Assembly: GCA_043820105.1 (NCBI GenBank)
Contig: JBDREC010000028.1
Span: forward strand, 1-64,000
Reading direction: 5' to 3'
Origin: Pseudomonadota bacterium
Lineage (GTDB): Bacteria; Bdellovibrionota_F; JAHFAK01; JBDREC01
Length of the DNA stretch: 64,000 nucleotides
Positions 57,040-64,000 of the stretch are shown piece after piece (positions within the stretch are counted from its first letter, which is position 1; each line of letters begins with the position of its first letter). The position numbers were made by a program, and so were the translations under genes. The notes beneath the pieces were generated by a model. The model was not told the origin of the DNA, ran no database searches, and saw nothing but the letters and a program-made list of their open reading frames with translations.

Positions 57040-58098
57040 TCAAATTATAAATTCGCCGATTAGATTCATGTCACACATTTGACTGCATTTTATTCCAGGC
57101 TTTAAATTAAAATGATCCATTCTAAATTGTTTATATTTCTCTCCATTCCAAATAGCATATAGAGATTCATTTTTAGCGTCACCAAGGATTATTTCATTAT
57201 TATAATCTTCAACACATTCAACAGCTTCGCCATTAGATTTTATGGTCATTGACGTCCAAGGAAACTGACAAAACTCAATCCAATGAATGGAATTTGTTTC
57301 TTTTTGCCCTTTTAAATACCACTTTTGATCCTGACTCTTTAAATAAATATAAACATCATAATCGGCAAAAGCATCCTTTAATTTTCCAAAGGCTTCTAAT
57401 TGGTTTTGATTATCCAAATTTAGCATTGTAATAACAATATTTGTTTTTAAATTTTTCTTTTCCTTAAGTTCGATTAATTTCAAAATTCTTTTATAACTTT
57501 CAGTAAAATCAGATGCCTTCCCCCTTATTTCCCGATGAATAAAATCATCTGTACTCTCTATGGAATATTTTATATAGTTAAGGCCATTTTCAAACTGTTG
57601 AATCGTCTTATCAATATTAATATTAGCAGGATTACAGCTAAAATATGTTATTATTCCTCTTTCATTCAAAATTCTGATCTTTTCAGGCAGATCCTTGTCT
57701 AAAAGCGGATCACCATAACCATGCATTACAATAACTTTTGGTATTATATAAAGAAAAAAATGATTTTCACTCATCTCATGAGGATCAATTTTATATTTTT
57801 GCAATACAAAGCTTTCCCATTTTTCCCAGTCACTGTCACTGAAGGGGTCTAATTGCAAGGCAATTTTTTTAAATATATCCAGGCTCATAGTTTCAACGTT
57901 TCTTTTCATCATAGTTGTACGTGGACACATTTTGCATTTCATGTTGCATGCATTTGTGGTCTCAATATTATAGACATATGGCTTTTCTGATCTGAATTTT
58001 TCAAACTCACTTGTTAGAAAATTCATTTCATATTTCTTGCCGCAAAGAAGGTCATATTTTAAATCATAAATCTTCATGTAAAAATTAATATCAAACAT
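57040..58098 (-). CDS. Radical SAM protein with SPASM/twitch domain
   Basis: CNMKCKMC (CxxxCxxC); C-terminal CQFPW..G...C..LG..IWNG..CSQMC. Confidence 0.88.
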   Translation of the reverse strand: MFDINFYMKIYDLKYDLLCGKKYEMNFLTSEFEKFRSEKPYVYNIETTNACNMKCKMCPRTTMMKRNVETMSLDIFKKIALQLDPFSDSDWEKWESFVLQKYKIDPHEMSENHFFLYIIPKVIVMHGYGDPLLDKDLPEKIRILNERGIITYFSCNPANINIDKTIQQFENGLNYIKYSIESTDDFIHREIRGKASDFTESYKRILKLIELKEKKNLKTNIVITMLNLDNQNQLEAFGKLKDAFADYDVYIYLKSQDQKWYLKGQKETNSIHWIEFCQFPWTSMTIKSNGEAVECVEDYNNEIILGDAKNESLYAIWNGEKYKQFRMDHFNLKPGIKCSQMCDMNLIGEFII

Positions 58099-58133
58099 TT
58101 TTTCTTCTTTTCCTATTCCAGCTTAACTCACAA

Positions 58134-59353
58134 TTAAGCTTTTATTTTTTTGATTACCTTTGCAAGAATTCCTGCTTTTTCACTGGCTAAATTAAGATCT
58201 CTATAATTTGTTTTAAACTGCATCAACTTGGGCTGAATAGATTCTGCTATAGGACATATTCCCTTTTCATATGCAATATTTTCATAAACCCAGGGACATC
58301 TATATGCAAATTGTCTGCTTTCTATAACTGGTTCAAGGTAAGGAACTGACCATGCACCATAAAAGCCATCCCCACCTGCATCAACATATGCTTTTCTAAA
58401 ATCTTCCCAATTCACGCCAATTGCTTCTTCCCCCCCTCATATTTAACTCCCAAAGTGTAATAAGTATTTTCATATTCTTCTGGAGTTTTTTGTGGAATTA
58501 AGTAATCAGTTTGAGCCATAACATCCATAAATATTTTCGCGCTTTCTTTCCTTAAATTAATTAGTTCTCCTGCTCTCTCAAGCTGAGCAAGAGCAATGGC
58601 TGCTGAGAATTCATTTAAGCGATAATTCCAACCCAGCATATCATGTCTTTTATAATTAGGATTTTGAAAAACTTCTGCATTTAGCCTTATTCTGCCTTCC
58701 TGGGCTCTAAGATTTTTATAACCATGACCTCCAATTTTCCTGACCTTTTGAGCAAACTGCTCATCATCAGTAATTACAGCTCCACCCTCTCCACATGAAA
58801 TATGTTTTGTATTTTCAAAGCTATAACTTGCCATATGACCAATGGTTCCTAAAAGCCTCCCTTTATACTTTGAAAATAAGGCCTGAGCATTATCTTCAAT
58901 AACAATAAGATTATTTTCTTTTGCTATTTCCATGACTGGATCCATGTCAGGTGCTAGGCCATAAATAGCAACAGTAATTATTGCCTTTGTCTTATTTGTT
59001 ATTTTTCTTTTAATATCTTCTGGATCGATACTAAAAGTGTCAGGATCAATATCAGCATAAACTGGCACAGCGTTAGCATGCAAGGTTGCAGTTGTGTCCA
59101 TTATAACTGTTAGACCAGGCGAAATGACCTCATCTCCTGGTTTTACCCCTCCAGCTTCTAAAGCAGCGTGTAGAGTTGCTGTGCCTGAATTTAGAGCTAT
59201 GGCATAATTTACTCCATGAAGTTTGGCCAACTGATTTTCAAGGCTTTGGTTCCAATTACCAGTTGTAGCAGACCAATTTTCGCCTTCCAATACTTTTTTA
59301 ATATATTCAAATTCATTCCCAAGGTATTTAACAGGGTTTTTTAATTCGCTCAT
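58134..59353 (-). pseudogene. DegT/DnrJ/EryC1/StrS aminotransferase split by a frameshift at a G7 tract
   Basis: 313-aa part (NSGTATLH, IEDNAQ, SFENTKH..GEGG, GWNYR) and 93-aa C-terminal part (CPIAE) overlap; G5 or G8 at 58430-58436 fuses them. Confidence 0.8.
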
Positions 59354-60117
59354 TTAAATTCCTTTAAAACAAGTTTTGTTTTCTGTATCTGGTTTGCTTT
59401 CCATTCTTTCTGAAGGTATTGATTTATTTTTATTATTTCAGGATTTGCATCAAGATATTTTATAATGTCATACAAATTATAATATTTATCATCCTTTGAT
59501 TCATAATGTTCAATAATTCTTTTGAAAAACTCAAAATCATCCTTATAATCAAGAGTCATGCGAATATCATCTCTGTAAAATATAGGATCAACGGATTCCA
59601 GTTCCTGGATTTTAAAAAGACCCGTATCTTTAAAATAAGTCCACATCATTTCAGTATCTTCACTATCCTTAATCTCACAGACCTCCTTAAGTGCCTTAGA
59701 ACTAATCCCATAAGTAAAAGCGCCACAAATAACCTGGCTTGATTCAACAAAATCAAATTTATATTTTTCATATTGATCAAAAGCTAAATCAATTAGCATT
59801 GGTTCACAAAACAGATCATCACCATCAGCTGTCACAAAAAATTCTATATCATACATCCTGCAAGCTCCATTCCAACGCTCGAGCTTATCTTCAACAGGAC
59901 CCCGGAAACAGGATATATTATTATTTTTAGCGATTTCACCAAGGATATCATCTTCAGGCAAATGAGTTGTGCATAAAATTATATTATCTGCCTTCTGGCT
60001 CCTTTTTACTCTTGATATTAGATGCTCAGTCGTTGATTTCCCATTTATTTCCATCAAAGCCTTATTGGGAAGTCTTGTTGAACCCATTCTTACCGTTATT
60101 AAAATAGATTTATTCAT
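59350..60117 (-). CDS. Acylneuraminate/Kdo-type cytidylyltransferase (SpsF-like)
   Basis: RMGSTRLPNKAL, FRG..ED.L.R, R.TLDY.DDF. Confidence 0.85.
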   Translation of the reverse strand: MNKSILITVRMGSTRLPNKALMEINGKSTTEHLISRVKRSQKADNIILCTTHLPEDDILGEIAKNNNISCFRGPVEDKLERWNGACRMYDIEFFVTADGDDLFCEPMLIDLAFDQYEKYKFDFVESSQVICGAFTYGISSKALKEVCEIKDSEDTEMMWTYFKDTGLFKIQELESVDPIFYRDDIRMTLDYKDDFEFFKRIIEHYESKDDKYYNLYDIIKYLDANPEIIKINQYLQKEWKANQIQKTKLVLKEFK

Positions 60118-60588
60118 TTAATTTTCCTTTAAAATATCATAAAGCTCGCGAATGACGCCATATCCGCCTTTCGTTTTTAAAACTTTTTTTGATATTTTTT
60201 TTATCTCTTCAGAAGCATCAATTGGGCAATAAGGGTGACCAACAATTTTCATTATTTCTAAGTCATTAATATCATTGCCGACATAAATTACATTTTCCAA
60301 ATTAATCCCATTAACTTTACAATAATCCTTAAGTATTTTCTGCTTGTCATCCACACCACTAATAAGCGGGATGTCTAGTTTATCAGCTCTCTTGGCTACT
60401 ACTTTATTTGTCTCTGCAGTGATTATTATTTGTTTTAATCCAAGTTTTTTAAAAAAAGAAATCGTCATCCCATCTGATCTGCAAAAAGCTACTGTTTCCA
60501 ATCCATTTTCAGAAAGATAAACTCTATTATCAGTTAATACTCCATCACAATCATAAACAATTAATTCATACTTTAGTAAACTTGACAT
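60118..60588 (-). CDS. KdsC-like HAD phosphatase (Kdo-8-P / nonulosonate-9-P type)
   Basis: DCDGVLTD, DG, RA.KL, YVGNDINDL, GG.GVIRE. Confidence 0.85.
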   Translation of the reverse strand: MSSLLKYELIVYDCDGVLTDNRVYLSENGLETVAFCRSDGMTISFFKKLGLKQIIITAETNKVVAKRADKLDIPLISGVDDKQKILKDYCKVNGINLENVIYVGNDINDLEIMKIVGHPYCPIDASEEIKKISKKVLKTKGGYGVIRELYDILKEN

Positions 60589-60897
60589 ATCTCATTCCTT
60601 GTATACATCTATTAATTTAGAATTCTTAATTACCTGTTGATGTCAAAAAAACCTGATTATTATGCGTAGAACAATAATTTGACGCACTACCGTCATTAAA
60701 AACAGCAAATGCAATTTTAAAAAATATTCTAACCTTTAAAATTTATAAGTCTAGTCAAAAGAATAAAATAAAAAAAAGGCAAAAACGTAAAGCAAAAACA
60801 ATATGAAAAAACAATATAAAGAAAAAAATACTTGCACTTGCTTTTTATTTTGGATAGTTTACCCCAATTAAATTACTTAACAAGCGCATGGAATGAT

Positions 60898-61926
60898 ATG
60901 AAATTAGGGATCATTGGCTTCGGGAAAATGGGAAAAATCAGAAATGATGTAATCCAAAAGCATCCGGATTTATCGTTGGAGGGTGTCTTTGATACCGTTT
61001 CACCCAATCTTCAAACAGATTTAAATTGTAAAATTTATAAAAATTATCACGAGTTATTAGATTCAAACATTGATGCAGTAATTGTTTGCACACCAAACAA
61101 ATTCACTCCTCAAATTGTCATAGATGCCTTAAATAAAAAGAAACATGTTTTTTGTGAAAAACCTCCTGGCAGGAATGTTGAAGATATAAAAAATATCATT
61201 GCTGCAGAGAAAAAAAATAAAGCATTGAAATTAAAATTTGGTTTTAATCATCGCTATCATGGCGCTATAATGGAAGCAAAAGCAATTATAGAAAGTGATA
61301 GATTGGGAAATATTCTCTGGTTAAGAGGAATATATGGCAAATCCGGGGCCAGTGATTTTGAAAAACAGTGGAGAAGTGATCGTAACATATGTGGAGGTGG
61401 CATTTTATTAGATCAGGGAATTCATATGCTGGATCTTTTTCGCTTATTTTGTAAAGACTTTCAGGAAGTGAAAAGCTTGGTTACAAATTCTCATTGGAAT
61501 ATTGATGTCGAAGATAATGTTTTTGCTATTTTGCGAAATAAAAACAGTCAGATGGCAATGTTGCATTCATCCTCAACTCAATGGAAACATACCTTTTCCC
61601 TGGAAATATTTCTTGAGAGAGGATATCTCATTATCAAAGGCATATTATCTTCAACCCGCAGTTATGGTTCCGGTGAAAGACTGATCGTGGCAATTAAACA
61701 GTTAGAGGATGAAAGTTTTGCTTTGGGAAATCCACGGGAAGAAATCATTTATTTTGATCAGGATAAATCATGGGAATTAGAAATTGAGGACTTTTGGGAT
61801 TGTGTGAAAAATAACAAGAAGGTTTTAGTTGGATCGTCCAATGATGCATATAAAGCAATGGAATTAGTATATAAAATATATAATTCAGATAAAAAATGGA
61901 GCCACAAGCAGCAAAAGTGCAAATAA
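60898..61926 (+). CDS. Gfo/Idh/MocA family oxidoreductase
   Basis: GIIGFGKMG, HVFCEKP, GFNHR, GGGILLDQGIH. Confidence 0.9.
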   Translation: MKLGIIGFGKMGKIRNDVIQKHPDLSLEGVFDTVSPNLQTDLNCKIYKNYHELLDSNIDAVIVCTPNKFTPQIVIDALNKKKHVFCEKPPGRNVEDIKNIIAAEKKNKALKLKFGFNHRYHGAIMEAKAIIESDRLGNILWLRGIYGKSGASDFEKQWRSDRNICGGGILLDQGIHMLDLFRLFCKDFQEVKSLVTNSHWNIDVEDNVFAILRNKNSQMAMLHSSSTQWKHTFSLEIFLERGYLIIKGILSSTRSYGSGERLIVAIKQLEDESFALGNPREEIIYFDQDKSWELEIEDFWDCVKNNKKVLVGSSNDAYKAMELVYKIYNSDKKWSHKQQKCK

Positions 61927-61948
61927 TCCACCTTAAAAAGGAGATCAA

Positions 61949-62971
61949 ATGAGACGCGTAGTAATGTCAAGCTCATATACACAGGCTGATATTAAGCCCT
62001 ACGAATTATTTAAAAAATATCTTGAGATCGTTGATAAAGAAGTTAAAAGATTATTAATTGATAAAAATGATTTGAAAAAAATCAACTGCCCTGCATGCAA
62101 AAGTGACAATTCAAAATTTGCATTTAAAAAGTTCGGCTTGGCTTATGCTGAATGTTTACAATGCGGTTCCCTTTATATTTCACCAAGACCATCTGATGAT
62201 AAAATTAACAAATATTTTCTTAAATCCAGGGCAACTGCTTTCTGGAATGAGCATATCTTAAAAAAAACAATCCAATCGCGCGTGCAACATCTGATCAGAC
62301 CTGAAGTAATGTGGGTAGCCAATACTACCGGAACCTTTTGCAAAGAACCCAATACCTTTATTGAAATCAAATCCAGATACCCTGAATTTTTAGAGGGAAT
62401 TGAACAACTTAAACTGTTTAAAGAAAAGATTATTATAGATCCGGAAATGCTACTGTCAGAAAGCTTTGTAGATAAAAATGGATTCACTATAATAAAGGAT
62501 CTTGATAGAAATAATGAATGTAAAAACATTAAGGCCGATGTCGCAACGGGTTTTTACCTACTTGACAGGCTTTCTGAGCCATATGAATTATTAAAAACAC
62601 TAAATTCAATGTTACTGGACAAGGGTTTATTGTTTCTTATAAGTACTACCATAAGTGGATTAGATTTACAAGTTTTGTGGGAGAATTCCAATGCAATTTT
62701 TCCTCCGGAAAACATGAATATTTTGTCTATTGAAGGATTTAAAATATTACTCGATAATTGCGGATTTGAAATCATTGAATTAAGCACCCCTGGCCAATTA
62801 GATCTGGAATATATTAAAAATGCCATGAAATATAATAAAAACTTGCAAATTCCAAGATTCCTTTCTTACTTTATCAATAACCGTGATGAACGTGCACAGG
62901 AAAGATTTCAGGAATTTTTACAGGAAGTCAGATTAAGTTCTCATCTTAGAATCGTAGCCAGAAAGAAGTGA
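61949..62971 (+). CDS. Methyltransferase-like protein with N-terminal CxxC..CxxC, degenerate SAM motif
   Basis: CPAC..CLQC..SPRP, P..N..S..G, TPGQLD; canonical EIGxG motif reads EIKSR. Confidence 0.65.
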   Translation: MRRVVMSSSYTQADIKPYELFKKYLEIVDKEVKRLLIDKNDLKKINCPACKSDNSKFAFKKFGLAYAECLQCGSLYISPRPSDDKINKYFLKSRATAFWNEHILKKTIQSRVQHLIRPEVMWVANTTGTFCKEPNTFIEIKSRYPEFLEGIEQLKLFKEKIIIDPEMLLSESFVDKNGFTIIKDLDRNNECKNIKADVATGFYLLDRLSEPYELLKTLNSMLLDKGLLFLISTTISGLDLQVLWENSNAIFPPENMNILSIEGFKILLDNCGFEIIELSTPGQLDLEYIKNAMKYNKNLQIPRFLSYFINNRDERAQERFQEFLQEVRLSSHLRIVARKK

Positions 62972-63894
62972 AAATGAAAAATAAAGTACTTATTTCCCCC
63001 TCAAAATTCGCTGATTGCGGTAATGATCCTCTGGAATTACTGGAAAAAGAAAATATTGAATATATTATTAATCCTTTTGGCAGAAAAATGGATCCCGCGG
63101 AGGTTATCCAGTACGGAAAGGATTGCATAGGAATCATTGCTGGAATTGAATCATTAAACGCCGAGGTCCTGGCTTCTATCCCAACTCTACGTTGCATAAG
63201 CCGTGTTGGATCTGGTATAGATACCATTGATATAGAAAAAGCCAGGGAGATGGGTATAGTTATTACCAACACTCCGGATGGACCTACCCGTGCAGTCGCG
63301 GAATTGGCTCTTGGTCTGATTTTTGATCTTCTGAGAAAAATATCTTTCAGGGATAGAGAGATTAGAAAAGGAAACTGGAACAAGGAAATGGGAAATTTGC
63401 TGGAAAATAAAAAAATTGGTGTTTTAGGTCTGGGTCGCATTGGACGCACTGTTGCTGAACTTTTACAGGTCCTTGGCGCCAGTGTATCCGGGACGGACCT
63501 TCAGGCTGATGAAAAATGGCTTAATGAAAAAAATATTCCCTTATTAACTTTGGATGAATTGTTAAAAACAAATGATATAATTTGTGTTCATATTCCATTC
63601 TCTGGTGGTGTGAAGCACTTTATTGGTGAAAGGGAGCTTAGGGTAATGAAAAAAGGAGCTTATCTTGTAAATCTATCACGCGGGGGGGTTGTGGATGAGC
63701 AGGCGCTATACCAGGTTTTGCAAGAAAAGCATCTTTCAGGAGCAGCTTCTGATGTCTTTGAGCAAGAACCCTATACTGGCCCTTTGACTGAACTTGATAA
63801 TATTGTGCTTACGTCTCACGTTGGCTCATATGCCAAAGAATCCAGATTAAAAATGGAAATGGATGCAACCCGAAACCTTTTAGAGCACATTTAA
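62968..63894 (+). CDS. D-isomer-specific 2-hydroxyacid dehydrogenase (phosphoglycerate dehydrogenase-like)
   Basis: SRVGSG.D.ID, AVAE, GVLGLGRIG, N.SRG.VVDE, DVFEQEP, HVGS. Confidence 0.9.
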   Translation: MKMKNKVLISPSKFADCGNDPLELLEKENIEYIINPFGRKMDPAEVIQYGKDCIGIIAGIESLNAEVLASIPTLRCISRVGSGIDTIDIEKAREMGIVITNTPDGPTRAVAELALGLIFDLLRKISFRDREIRKGNWNKEMGNLLENKKIGVLGLGRIGRTVAELLQVLGASVSGTDLQADEKWLNEKNIPLLTLDELLKTNDIICVHIPFSGGVKHFIGERELRVMKKGAYLVNLSRGGVVDEQALYQVLQEKHLSGAASDVFEQEPYTGPLTELDNIVLTSHVGSYAKESRLKMEMDATRNLLEHI

Positions 63895-63914
63895 GCATTA
63901 TTTAAGGAGAAAAA

Positions 63915-64000
63915 ATGAATAAACTCGACCAAATCTATTCCGGCTTGCAATCAGGCGCGGATTACGCCAAAGCATATGTTTCTTTATTATCCGATTTCTT
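63915..64000 (+). CDS. 5' end of a gene running off the right edge (possibly a SIS-domain sugar-phosphate isomerase)
   Basis: AAGGAGA RBS, ATG at 63915, open to window end; product guessed from context only. Confidence 0.55.
   Translation, partial: MNKLDQIYSGLQSGADYAKAYVSLLSDF

Overview
AT-rich bacterial chromosomal segment (roughly 30% GC by eye). Gene order and content (ispE-spoVG-tRNA-Gln-rplY-pth-hppA-rpsF-rpsR-DUF2232-rplI-dnaB, a myxobacterial-type pilin, mpl, a sigma-54 promoter) suggest a deltaproteobacterial-type, probably anaerobic lineage; this is inference. 1-37 kb is mostly housekeeping and amino-acid fermentation: iorAB plus ADP-forming acyl-CoA ligase, lepB, mpl, YitJ-type Met enzyme, Na+-PPase, fba, galE. 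37-64 kb is a large surface-glycan locus: O-antigen-ligase-like protein, three GT-C-type membrane proteins, GT2/GT4s, six SAM methyltransferase domains and an unusual nonulosonate-type pathway. No CRISPR array, rRNA, transposase, integrase or phage gene was recognised. The most unusual signals are non-coding. (1) About 16 intergenic sites carry 7-8-nt tandem arrays of at least seven sequence families, arranged as inverted and sometimes nested pairs, with a consistent 'after stop codon / before start codon' polarity. (2) Four 200-250-bp palindromes have perfect 32-35-bp arms of unrelated sequence, three share unpaired motifs, and a collapsed copy of one pair lies at 25.7 kb. (3) A candidate sigma-54-driven ~90-nt sRNA. 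(4) A ~245-nt structured leader behind a near-consensus sigma-70 promoter. Protein-level oddities include a G7-tract frameshift in a DegT aminotransferase, an aldehyde dehydrogenase lacking its catalytic Cys, and a kinase plus dCMP deaminase pair coupled to dnaB.
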